Shown: one piece after another, positions 52,591 to 64,000 of the stretch
Layout: the number at the start of each line of letters is the position of its first letter
How positions within the stretch are numbered: the first letter of the stretch is position 1
DNA from: Octopus vulgaris
Lineage: Eukaryota
DNA length: 64,000 nucleotides
Assembly (NCBI GenBank): GCA_951406725.2
Contig: OX597838.1
Location: 14,756,001-14,820,000, forward strand
Direction of reading: 5' to 3'
Program-made: the position numbers and the translations under genes
The notes under the pieces: generated by a model
The model's input: the letters and a program-made list of their open reading frames with translations, nothing else
What the model was told of the DNA's origin: nothing
Databases searched by the model: none

Positions 52591-52873
52591 GACCAAATAA
52601 CCGAATAATTGTCACATATTATTTTACAGATATATATATATACACACACACACACACATACAGACAGATACATAACTTCTAGATAGAGGATAGTTGTGTG
52701 TGTGTGCGTGTATAGAGACGGCGGCTGCAAGTCCTGGCTTCTCCAGCCAAGACCACCACTCTTTCTGCTATGCGATCAATGCCTGAAATTGTTCCGTTCC
52801 TGACTTGGCCTTCTGAGCCATGTCGTGGAGGCACTAGATGAGCCAAGCTCAAACATGAGTAGTACTGAAGACA

Positions 52874-52904
<31 letters not shown>

Positions 52905-53112
52905 CAGGGTGTCCCAGAAGTCGCGCACCATTCTGGTTTACATTAAAAATAATTTAAGCATTTTATTTTATTTTGTTTTTTTCTGCATGTTTTATTGTAG
53001 AGGGTGCTCAGTTTGAGCATTTGTTACAGTTTATTTCAATAAAGTGTTTTTGAAATCAGTAAGAGTGTATTTTTTTTAAAAACCACGGTGGTGCGCAACT
53101 TCTGGGATACCC

Positions 53113-53114
<2 letters not shown>
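52905..53114. mobile_element. Tc1/mariner-type MITE
   Basis: 26-bp TIR CAGGGTGTCCCAGAAGTCGCGCACCA / TGGTGCGCAACTTCTGGGATACCCTG with 2 mismatches, inserted in (TA)n. Confidence 0.82.
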
Positions 53115-53150
<36 letters not shown>

Positions 53151-53489
53151 CATACATACACACATACATAGAATGGTAAGTCAATTACATTGACCCCAGT
53201 GCTCAACTGGTACTTATTTTATCTACTCTGGAGGGATGAAAGCCACAGTCGGCCTCAGCAGAATTTGAACTCACAACATAAAGACAAATAAAACGCTACT
53301 AAACATTTTGTCCAGCATATTAATGAATCCGCCAGCTTGCCGTATATATTAACACCAGTTTGACTCCAGTCCCATGCTACGTAGAGGTTCACAGGCTTGT
53401 AGAAAAAAAACCTATGAAACCTAGGAACATTGAATTGAGCTGAGTGCCATTGCCTTTCATTTGTTTGCTCACTTATGTGTATGTGTACT

Positions 53490-53529
<40 letters not shown>

Positions 53530-53564
53530 TACATGCATATACATATATGTAGACATATAGACAC

Positions 53565-53897
53565 CAGCGTGGCTGTGTGACAAGGAATTTGCTTCTCAAC
53601 CACATGGTTCTGGGTTCAGTTCCACTGCGTGACATCTTGGACAAGTGTCTTGTACTTATTGCCTCAGGCTGACCAAAGCCAACCCTTTTGAGTGGTTTTG
53701 GTAGAAGGAAACTGATATATATGTGTGTCTTTGTGTCTGTGTTTACGGTCTATGGTCCTGCAACTTTACAGTTTGACAGAAGAGACTGATAGAATAAGTA
53801 CCAGTCTTAAAAAAATGAGTTCTGGGGTCGATTCGTTTAAGTAAACTTCTTGAAGATGATATCCCAACATGGCCACAGTCTAATGACAGAAACAAGT
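53565..53897 (+). mobile_element. CORE-type SINE, diverged
   Basis: Recognisable head, CORE segment and tail. Confidence 0.7.
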
Positions 53898-54772
53898 AAG
53901 TGATTAGAAGATCTACTATATTACACATACACATACATACACACACATTGAGAGAAAGCGAGAGAGAGAGAGAGAGAGAGAGAAAGGGTGGGATATGAAC
54001 TTGTTCATTCATCTGTCTAATGTGAAGTCTCACATTTACTTCTGCTGTGTTTCTTGTTATTTTTTTTCTCATTTACTAAATTAACATTTGTTTTTTTGTC
54101 TCAGTTACTTCAGGTTCTTATAGCTTTGCATTCTGCTGCTCTGGTTGCCGTTAGTGACGATAACTGAAGTCAACTACTACTACTACTACTACTACCACCA
54201 CTACTACTACTACCACTTTGTATAGTTACACCTACGTGCATGCCTTAGCTGAGAAGCCAACACCGATTATATAGCTCTCTTTATTCAAAACTTACTTTCG
54301 TATTCCTCTTTCAGTCAATCTCAACTAAACCACTTTGAATTGCTCCCTAATGCTAGCATTTTATCATTTCACAGATTTATAGGGGGACAAAAAAACAACA
54401 AAACAACAACAACAAAAAACCAGTAAGATTTTTGTTGTTGTTGTTATTTTCTTGTAAATTGTTTTAGCAACCTTGATGTGATGATGAATGGCAAAGAGGT
54501 CATCAACATTTTCTTTACATTCTTTAGGAATCAGTAAAAAAATAAGTTACAGGGAATCGTTTGGCCCTTAATGTAATCCTTGTGGATTATTTGTGTGGTT
54601 GATTATCTCTCAGCCTCTTTCTCTGAAAATGTCTTGGATTGTTCCCGTATTGGAAATTATTAATTATTATGTGTTGTTATTTGTGTGTTAATTTGGTGTC
54701 TGTGAAATTAGTTGTTTCACCTCTGACTGATAAATACCTCTTTCTCACCACACACACACACACACTTTCCCC

Positions 54773-54968
54773 ATCTATCTATCTATCTTTATCTATTTAT
54801 CTATCTATCTATCTATCTATCTATATATATATATATATATATATACATACATACATACATACATACAAACACACACATGTGTATGTGCATCTCTCTCTCT
54901 CTCTCATATACATACATATGTGTGTGTATATATAGATAGATAGAGAGAGAGAGAGAGATTTATATACA

Positions 54969-55007
<39 letters not shown>

Positions 55008-55171
55008 GTATGTGTGTACATGTGTATATATTTATGTATGTATGTGTGTATGTATATATATGTGTGTGTGTATGTGTATATATATGTGTGTGTGTGTATG
55101 TATTTGTATATATATGTGTATATATGTATATGTATAAATATACGTATATGTGTATGTTTATATGTCTGTAT

Positions 55172-55245
<74 letters not shown>

Positions 55246-55250
55246 TTATA
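54773..55250. repeat. Compound microsatellite (TCTA/TA/TACA/TG)
   Basis: Simple-sequence runs that generate the Y/I/C/V-rich spurious ORFs. Confidence 0.9.
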
Positions 55251-58200
55251 TGAACAAATACACCAAGTAAGTTATATTTACTTAAGACGAGGGCCCAAAA
55301 CCTGGTCACAACCTTTAGTTACTGCCCCCAAGTACTTCTGATTTCGTGCCAATCATTCATTTTCTCTTTGCTCTCTTTTTTTCTCACTTTATCGCATCAT
55401 CTTTGTTCATCCGTTCCATTTCTTTTGATAGTCATGCATGCCTCATACTACTAATACATTGGTTCCAACTGCCTGGCTACCTGGTGATGGCTACTAAAAA
55501 TTAAAAAAACAAAAAAAAAAATACTTCCTAAGCGGCTTCTTCTGAACGGGAGTGCTTCAGCAGGTTAATCTGTCCCTACTACTCGAGATTTCAAGTCTTT
55601 AATCAACTATTTTGAATTGAATTGAATTGAATTGAAGATATATATATAATAATAATAGACATGTTTTCCTCTCTTGAAACGTTTTGATTTTTCAGTTCTT
55701 AATGACTTGTTAGTTTGTTATGATGCTTTGCGATGATAATTAGAAATGTCCTTTTGTCATATGTTAATTAACAAATATATATTCATAGCTGCTGCTGCTT
55801 GATATATTGGGAGTTTTCTTCTTTTTTTTCTTCTTTGGTCTTTCATTACTAATACATCTTTACTAATGCTTTTCAGCTCCAAACATAATTTAAAATATCA
55901 GAAAACAAGGAGGTACTCTTTGTTTTAACTTTTCGGGGACAAAGGCCTTTTTATAACTCTGCACAGAAGACTCAACCGTTTTCACAAGTTGTTAATAATA
56001 ATAATAATAATAATGATAATAATAATAATAATAATGGTTTCAAATTTTGCCACAGGGGCAACAGTTTTGGAGGAGGGGATGAGCTGATTACATCGACCCC
56101 AGTCTTCAACTGGTACTCATTTTTATTGACCTCAAAAGGATGAAAGGCAAAGTTGGCCTCGGTGGAATTTGAACAACGGGTGAAATAACACTAAGCATTA
56201 CACTCAGTGTGCTAACGATTCTGTCAGCTTGCTGCCTTTATAATAATAATAATATGAAAATACTGATGCTTATAGTATTAATATTCCCTAACAAGAATAT
56301 ATGTCCCATTACATTACATATATTCCTGAAGAGATTAGATTGTCCAGTGTCTTCTACTTTAGCTTCAGGCCAACCAGAGCTTTGTGAGTGGATTTGGCTG
56401 ACAGAATCTGAGAGAAGACTGCCATGTGTGGGTGGTGGGGGTAAAGAGAGACAGAGAGAGATGTATGTGTATTCATATCTTCTTGACATCATACTCTATT
56501 TGTAAACAAAACTTCACTGTTACCTGGAGAGTGTTGTTTGTTTGCCTTCTCCCATGGAAACCACACCTGACCATTGTACTGTTTCATGTTCAAAGAACCA
56601 TGGTATATATTACTTTGCTTGGAAGCAGTTGATAGTTTGCAATAAGAAGAGCTTCTGGTGGCCATGGAAAACCTGCCTCAGTGAATTTTGTCTGACCCAA
56701 GCTTGAAAAAGTCAATGTTAAAATGATGATGATGATGATGTGGTGGTGGCAGTGATTTGTCACTTACCTTTCTCTTCTAAATCTTCTGGAATCAAAAGTA
56801 GATTTAAAATGTCTTGGAAATACAAAGAATACATAGAATTTTTTCAAAAAATGTCCCCATCCCACCGAGAGAACTAGCATTGGAAATGTGACATTGAGTG
56901 TTGAGGATGGTGGTATGTGGTATTATCATAACCTAAATAACTGGAATGGTAACTGTTTGAAATCTACGGTGTACCTTCGATACTGCTCAATGTGTATTTT
57001 GGTACCATCCATTATTGTTGCAGTGTTCATTCACCGATGTATTTCTATCATGGTTACCTTTCACAACAGGGATGGTCAGTCTTATATAATATGTTTGTGT
57101 GTGAATGTTATCTTTGTAGCTCCAATGTCCTTGTGAGTGGATTTGGTGGACAGAGAGTGTGAAAGCCCATTGTGTGCGCACACACACGCACACACACACA
57201 CGTCTCTGCGTGTTTGGAAACCTCCCCACTGCTTGACAAGTGGTGTCGGTTTGTTTACAGTCCTGTAACTTAGCACATAAGCCTAAAAGACTGATAAAAT
57301 AATAACTAAAAAAATAAGTACTAGAGTTGGTATATTTCATTAAATCCTTCGAGGTGGTGCCCCAGCATGGTCACAGTCCAATGACTGAAACAAATAAAAG
57401 CTATTATCCATTGCCTCAAATCTCAAACCTACGTGTTTTGAAGAGTTGTATTTGATTAAAGTGTTTTTTTTTATATTCTGTATTCTACATGCCTTTTTCC
57501 CTAACCTTGCTGTTCTGAATTACTTTACATCTCTGCATGAAAGCCCAACTTTAACTTTTTACCAAACTCTCTGTTTCAATTTCAATAATAATATTTTTCA
57601 AATTTAGATAAAAACCAGAATGCTTCATCTGGGACGTTCCTCTGTTTCACCTCCTTTTTTGTCTACTAACTCAATAATTCTTTTTGTGCGTGTCTATGTG
57701 TGTACATGTGTTGTTGTTAACCCACACAGATATGGGTATAGGCTGTTGTCCTCATTTAGCCCCGGGTCATTCCCAAATGAACACATAACCCTCATGTTCG
57801 AAAATATTTTCATAAATGTCTTGTTTTCAGTACAAGGCTACATTATTTCTAATTTGCCCTTATTTAATTTGAATAATGGCATGCGTTAAGAGAGATTATT
57901 TGGTTGCTGTTTCCAGCAGATGGAACAAGCACCTATGTTGGCTATTCTTATTGGCACGTATCTGTGCTGTTAAAAAGGACTAAGACCCCTTTCGATCATG
58001 AATGACCATAGGATAGCTCCTAAAAAGTTACCCTCCAAGACAAAAGTCCGGGTAAGGTTGTTTACGAAAGACCAGTAGTCACCCATGCATACCAACCTCT
58101 CCTCTCCATGCCACTGATGTTATCCAAAGGAAAGGTAAAGGCCTATACGGCCTGGCACCAGTAACATCACAAATCATTTCTACGGTTGAGTGAATTAGAA

Positions 58201-58648
58201 CAACGTGAAGTAAAGTGTCTGGCTCAAAAACACAACACACAGCCTGGTCCAGGATTCGAGCTCACTACCTCGTGAATGTGAGCCCAGTGCTCTAACCATG
58301 AAGCCATATGCTATTATGTATGTGTATATTATCACATGCATCTTCCATAATGGCATGGGTTGAACAGTTTGACAGGATCTGATGTGTGAAAAGCTGAATC
58401 ATGTTCCTGTTCATGAAACGTTGCCATGGTTTCAGATGCTCAGTGCCCTTCCTAACACCAACCACTTTACAGGTTTTACTAGGTATTTTTTTTGTTATAT
58501 GATACCAACACTGGTGAGGCTGCCATATAACTTACTACACTAAAAAGCCTCCTTGCCTGAGTGACTGTAGTAGAGAGGGGGCACAGTTTAATCCTGGGGG
58601 TTGAACAGTTAAACTATGGATTACAGGAACAGATTTATTGCTGTAGAA

Positions 58649-59282
58649 CAGTGGTTTGCAATCAGGGTCCATATGACCCTTAGGGGTCCATATACAATTT
58701 ATCCGTTAAAATATATGTGCAATAAGTAGGTACAGGTGTGGCTGTGTGGTAAGAAGCTTGCTTCCCAACCACAGGGTTCCAGGTTCAGTCCCACAGCATG
58801 ACACCTTTGGCAGGTGTCTTCTACTATAACTTCAGACCAGCCAAAGCCTTGTGAGTGGATTTGGTAGGCAGAAACTGTCTACCAAATATATATGTGTCTG
58901 CATATGTGTCTATGTATGTCTTCCCCAGTACCACCTGACAATCAATGTTGGTGTGTTTACTTCCCCGTAACTTAGCAGTTTGGCAGAAGAGACCGATATA
59001 ATAAGTATTAGTCCTGGAGTGTTTTGTTTGACTAAAACCCTACAAGGCGGTGCCCCAGCATGGCCACAGTCAAAAGACTGAAACAAGTGTAAAAAGTAAA
59101 TTGATTATATTTCTACGGTGCACAAAATATCTTAACAATCCTCTTTTTATACAATTCCTAATAACTTTTAATTATAAAAATATAATAGAATTTTTTAAAG
59201 CCATCAGATGACTATGAGGGTCCAGTAGAGTAAAATAGGAATCAAAGGGAGTCCATAGAGAAAAAGTGGATATGAACCACTG
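58649..59282. mobile_element. hAT-type MITE (same family as 547-804, opposite orientation) containing a CORE-type SINE at 58728-59090
   Basis: Ends CAGTGGTT...AACCACTG. AATAGGAATCAAAGGG is the reverse complement of CCCTTTGATTCCTATT at ~579-594. TSD is degenerate. Confidence 0.65.
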
Positions 59283-60269
59283 CTGAGGAGGAAATCTGTA
59301 ATATAGCTATTCCCTTATTATATAAGGATTGGTGAGAGAAGTTGGGATGAAGCTTGAAAAAGAAAACTGATGACAGGGTGTCAGAATGTACCTTCAGAAT
59401 ATAAGAAGGTGGCCAGAAGAGACTGGGGGCGGAAGATCAGGAAGGGTGGGTGAATAGGGGTTGCAAGACTGTGGGAGGTGAGTGAGAGATGGTTAGAGAT
59501 GAAGGTAGGGATGGAGTGAGCGGTGGTCAACAGTAAATATTAGTTAGAGGTGGTGGGGTGAGAGAAACAACAAATGGATGTGAATAGAAATGGTTTGAGG
59601 GGGGAGTTGATGAGTGGCTGGTTGTACGGAAAGGGTGAAGAATAACAGCAGAATGGCACAGCATTAGATAGAATAAGGATGAGAGAGAAAATGACAGGTG
59701 GACGTGGATGAGTAACAATTTCAAAAGGAGTGGAGGTGATAAATCTTTAGTGACAGGGGTGGAGAAAAACAGGTACTTGGGGGGTGAATTTAGTGAGGGG
59801 GCAAATAAAGATGGGTGGATGAGTTGGTTGGGTAGATATGAGATTGTTAAGAATGATGGATGAAAGACAGGGGCAGACTGAGAGTATTGAGGTCCCTCGG
59901 GCATAATTGTTTACCGGTGCCCCTTAACATTAATTTGGTAAGATTAACATGTAGAGTGTGGGTCCCACAGAGCTCTGGGCCCTTAGGCAGTGCCTGATTA
60001 GTTGACAGCTCAGTCCGCCCCTGATGTCGGAAGTAAGTGGGAGAGAGACGCCTGATAGCACAAACAGAGGATTGCAATATGTTGTTCTGTTCCCGTTTAA
60101 TTAAAGCAACAGAATAATGCATTCATTAGAGAAGTGATGGTGAGATGAGAGACAAGAAGATGAGGGGCTAAGAAAGGCTCGATCAGTATGAATTGGTGCC
60201 GTGCAGAGTGAGGGTCCAGTATATGCACAAAGCGTTGCCCTGATGGGAGGCTCTTCTTGAGTATAGTTT

Positions 60270-60400
60270 ATCACCAATCTTGGTCCTTTGTCATCTCTGT
60301 GAGGCTCAATATCCTGAAATCAGCCTTCACTTCTTCATCCATGTCTTCCTGGGTCTCCCTCTTTCATAGATTCCATCCGCACTAAGCAATTGGCACTACT
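60270..60400 (-). mobile_element. Degenerate RTE-clade LINE fragment
   Basis: Minus strand encodes GIYERGRPRKTW...VKADFRILSLTE, containing the RTE RGRPRKTW motif. Confidence 0.6.
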
Positions 60401-60533
60401 CACAAATTTCTGGCCTTGTCTCTAATTTAGAAGCAATTATTGTTGTTATTTTTTTTATTAATTTTTTTTTGCTTCTCCCATGTTTCATGTTGTGGTGTCT
60501 TACTAAATGTTTAACTTTGATTTCTTCTTGTAG

Positions 60534-60646
60534 GGGTCAGCGAACCAACAATGGAATCTTGCCAGTGTAGTACCGAGCACATTTGGTCTGCCTACAGTGA
60601 GGCAAACGTCCCAGTCTCATTCAAGCAAGCGGCAAACTAAAAATAG
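60534..60646 (+). CDS. HIPK2: HIPK exon (low-complexity linker)
   Basis: ttcttcttgtag|GGG acceptor and AG|gtttgt donor. Open frame GSANQQWNLASVVPSTFGLPTVRQTSQSHSSKRQTKN. Phase 0 in and phase 2 out bridges exactly between the flanking exons. Confidence 0.75.
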
Positions 60647-60759
60647 GTTTGTGCTTTTACATTGCTTTATTTTTATCAAATAGTAATTTCCATGAAAGAC
60701 ATTTGCAGACAACGAGGTAGGAAGTGATTTTGCCTTGTAGCAAAAGTGAAAGACATATC

Positions 60760-60987
60760 TATTTCTTTACTACCCACAAGGGGCTAAACACAGAGGAAAC
60801 AAACAAGGACAGACAAACGGATTAAGTCGATTACATCGACTCCAGTGTGTAACTGGTACTTAATCTATCGACCCCGGAAGGATGAAAGGCAAAGTCGACC
60901 TCGGCGGAATTTGAACTCAGAACGTAACGGCAGACGAAATATGGCTACGCATTTCGCCCGGTGTGCTACCGTTTCTGCCAGCTCGCC
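60760..60987 (-). mobile_element. Meta-domain-type SINE with TSD
   Basis: Perfect 16-bp TSD AAGTGAAAGACATATC (60744-60759 and 60988-61003). Confidence 0.88.
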
Positions 60988-61335
60988 AAGTGAAAGACAT
61001 ATCAGTTATTAAAGGCACCGGTTCCTTCAAAAACAAAATAATAATAATAAGAAGGAGAAGGAGAATTTCAAATTTTGGCACAAGGCTAGCAGTTTCAGGG
61101 AAGGGGATAAGTCAATTACATCAACTTTGGTGCTCAACTGGTGTATATTTTACTGGACCAGAAAGGATGAATGGCAAAGTTAACCTCAGCTGAATTTGAA
61201 CTCAGAATGTTTAAAGACAGATGAGATGCCACCGAGCATTTTGTCCATATATTCGCACCCATTTATTTGGATGTATTTGTAGGGTGGCATACGGAATAGA
61301 AGCTTGCTCATCAAGGCTACCATCACAAAAAGCAT

Positions 61336-61926
61336 GTGGCACACGTGGCACGTAAAAAGCACCATCCGACCGTGGCACGTAAAAAGCACCATCCGACACG
61401 TGGCACGTAAAAAGCACCATCCGACACGTGGCACGTAAAAAGCACCATCCGACACGTGGCACGTAAAAAGCACCATCCGACACGTGGCACGTAAAAAGCA
61501 CCATCCGACACGTGGCACGTAAAAAGCACCATCCGACCGTGGTCGTCTGGCACCTGTGCCAGTGGCACGTAAAAAGCACCATCCGACCGTGGCCATTTGC
61601 CAGCCCCGTCTGGCACCTGTGCCAGTGGCACGTAAAAAGCACCATCCAACCGTGGCACGTAAAAAGCCCCCACTACAATCACGGAGTGGTTGGCGTTAGG
61701 AAGGGCCACTCGTATTGCGACGTTAGAGGTGAAATTCTTGGATCGTCGCAAGACGCACTGCAGCGACGGCGTGTGGCAAGCACGTTTTCCTCGATCAAGA
61801 GCGAAAGTCGGAGGTTCGAAGACGATCAGTCTGGTGCAGTCTTCTGGCTTCCCAGATCCCCAGTCGAACCGTCCAACCCATGCTAGCATGGAAAGCGGAC
61901 GCTAAATGATGATGATGATGATGATG
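61336..61926 (+). mobile_element. RTE-tailed retroposon with a 28-bp tandem array and a captured 18S rRNA piece
   Basis: Seven tandem CACGTGGCACGTAAAAAGCACCATCCGA-type units (61342-61539), then the family body, the 18S segment and the (GAT)n tail. Confidence 0.85.
61703..61829 (+). pseudogene. 18S rRNA fragment (~127 nt) embedded in a retroposon
   Basis: CGTATTGCGACGTTAGAGGTGAAATTCTTGGATCGTCGCAAGACG...ATCAAGAGCGAAAGTCGGAGGTTCGAAGACGATCAG matches the conserved eukaryotic SSU rRNA core. The helix TTGCGACG/CGTCGCAA is intact. Confidence 0.93.
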
Positions 61927-63116
61927 TGAAGTTATGTTACAAATTACGAAGCTAAAAATTTGAAAGGAATTTTATGGAAGTTTCTGGAAAGACAAAAGAT
62001 ATTCAAGGGAGATAATTTTGTGAAATCATTTTGTTTCTTCGATAATTTCCATATTAGGAATATTGTTAACTACGGATGGATTGGGATTTTTTTTTTTTTT
62101 TTTTTTGCTGAGGCTGTTTAATTGTGAATAGTCTGTTTATTGCTTAGGATATTTAATTAAATAAACTGTTAATTTCAGATTGTTCTAATTAGACTGTTTA
62201 TTATAGCGGCTGTTTAAGTTTAAATGAATAAACTTTATCAGAGAGGCTATTTAGTTGTAAATAAACTATTAATTAGACTATGTTTAATCATATAGAAACT
62301 TAACTACAAAGATTGTTAATTGTAGATAATGTTAATTACAGAGGTTGATCAATTATGAAGGAACTATTAATTACAAAAGCTGTTTAATTATAGACTAACG
62401 GTTTCACATGGCCCATTTTGGAAATTGTTGTTCTTGTTATTTAGCCCCAAGGGAGCCCCGAATTAGCAGATTTCTAATCAAAGGTATTTCAGCCCTGTAT
62501 TGTTTAAAACTTTACTAAAGGGACGAAATAGTTTAAATTACATTTTCGCTCAGTTTGAAGTTAGTGTAGAGTTGTCTCTCTTTGAAGTTCCCCCTAAGCT
62601 TTAGAGAGTTTCTTAGCCCCTGTTACAAGATACACCTATACCTCATCACACTACACATCAGCAATTATTCTTCTGTAGTAAATAATTATCAATAGGTTTC
62701 TAAAAACTGATCAAGGGTTTTGGGTGAAGGCACACATATTAAGGAGGCTTCTTCCGGTTGATGCTATTTATTCCATCACCCCAACTTTCTTTAACCGACT
62801 TTGCAACTATTTCAGTGTTACTGCAAAATTCAGTGCCTTTGAACAAACACCACTTAGAAAACCTCTCAGAAGTACTTTTCTAATCAAGCCTTGCTGATGA
62901 GGTTAAATAGTCTGGATGTGGTCGGTTTAAATGCTAAAGGTTTGAATCTTGGACAGTAACCAGATTTAACTTAAAACTGCTGCTTGAGTTGTAGTTCCTG
63001 TCTCTGTTCCATCTACCAGTCTTAGAAATGCTAAAGAAAATGAACAAGTAACAGGCAGTGCCCTTTCTCTCTTTAGTTGTAGAGCCCCTGCAAAAAACGT
63101 TATAGGTATTGATCAA

Positions 63117-63346
63117 AGGCGGCGAGCTGGCAGAAACGTTAGCACGTCGGGCGAAATTCTTAGTGGTATTTCGTCTGCCGTTACGTTGTGAGTTCAAATT
63201 CCACCGAGGTCGACTTTGCCTTTCATCCTTTCGGGGTCGATTAAATAAGTACCAGTTACGCACTGGGGTCGATGTAATCGACTTAATACCTATGTCTGTC
63301 CTTGTTTGTCCCCTCTATGTTTTAGCCCCTTGTGGGTAATAAAGAA
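63117..63346 (+). mobile_element. Meta-domain-type SINE with TSD
   Basis: Perfect 15-bp TSD ATAGGTATTGATCAA (63102-63116 and 63347-63361). Confidence 0.88.
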
Positions 63347-63575
63347 ATAGGTATTGATCAATTCCCTCCAATTGAGGAGGTCTGCAAAAGGTTATGAGCA
63401 TCAGAGTTTCCTTTTCTAAGACGCCAAAGAAAAAAAAAAAGGTTAAATGCTTTTTTGTTTTGGTATTAAACTAGATGAAAGAGGTATTCAGTGTTGTTGG
63501 TTTTAGTGTGTCGTGTTTGGTACCCCTTACAGAACCAGTTTTAATGTGAAACGTTTGTCTCTCTCTCTCTCACAG

Positions 63576-63914
63576 GACCAGTAAGGAAATATGTACCTCA
63601 ACCCAGTTATCTCCTGTGAAAAAGCGTGTGAAGGAGAACACACCACCACGACTGGACAGCTTGCACAAAGAAGAGATCCTGCGTCTAACTGGCTGGAGCA
63701 ATGAGGCACAAGTGGTGCCATTGGGTAGCAAAGTCAGCAGCAGCGGCAGCAGCAGCAAGAGTAGCAGCCACACAGGTACAAGAGGTTCAGGTGACCACCG
63801 CCAGACTATTGTTATAGCCGACACTCCTAGTCCAGCGGTCAGCGTAATCACCATCAGCTCTGATAGTGAGGATGAAGAAGAATCCAAGAGGCATTTAAAG
63901 GATACGGTCAAAAA
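63576..63914 (+). CDS. HIPK2: HIPK exon with NLS and SUMO-interacting motif / speckle-retention region
   Basis: (ct)n-cacag|G acceptor and AA|gtaagg donor. Contains SPVKKRVKENTPPR and RQTIVIADTPSPAVSVITISSDSEDEEE, both hallmark HIPK motifs. Confidence 0.96.
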
Positions 63915-64000
63915 GTAAGGTTCCTGCCTTTTTTTTCTTTTTTTTTTTTTTTTTTGCTCTTAAATCATTCCTTTTGTTGTCTTTTGCTTTTCCTTTTCTT

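Noticed and set aside
54639-55341. Y/I/C/V/H/T-rich ORFs here and at many other (TA)n or (CA)n sites
   Set aside because: They are translations of microsatellites.
61703-61829. Functional rRNA gene or rDNA locus
   Set aside because: Only ~127 nt long and flanked on both sides by retroposon sequence.

Overview
Eukaryotic, AT-rich, microsatellite- and SINE-dense DNA. The repeat families point to a coleoid cephalopod, most likely Octopus (inferred, not searched). The whole window lies inside one + strand gene for a homeodomain-interacting protein kinase (HIPK/HIPK2-like). Seven phase-compatible GT-AG coding exons are present (28190-28374, 30315-30480, 32096-32330, 34169-34260, 36980-37201, 60534-60646, 63576-63914). 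They run from the end of the kinase domain to the NLS/SUMO-interacting region, and the gene continues beyond both window edges. The introns hold tRNA-derived CORE-type and Meta-type SINEs, an RTE-tailed modular retroposon, RTE/CR1/L1-Tx1 LINE remnants, piggyBac-, hAT- and Tc1-type MITEs, and Penelope-like ends. Most ORFs in the supplied track are repeat artefacts. The most notable observations are: (1) two retro-chimeras with the same RTE-type 3' tail that captured cellular structural RNAs, an 18S rRNA segment swapped in at microhomologies and a near full-length U2 snRNA; (2) three minimal hammerhead-ribozyme motifs, all antisense to HIPK; (3) a 3' tail shared between the Meta-type SINE and an L1/Tx1-like LINE; (4) independent tandem expansions of a CACGTAAAA module inside retroposon copies.
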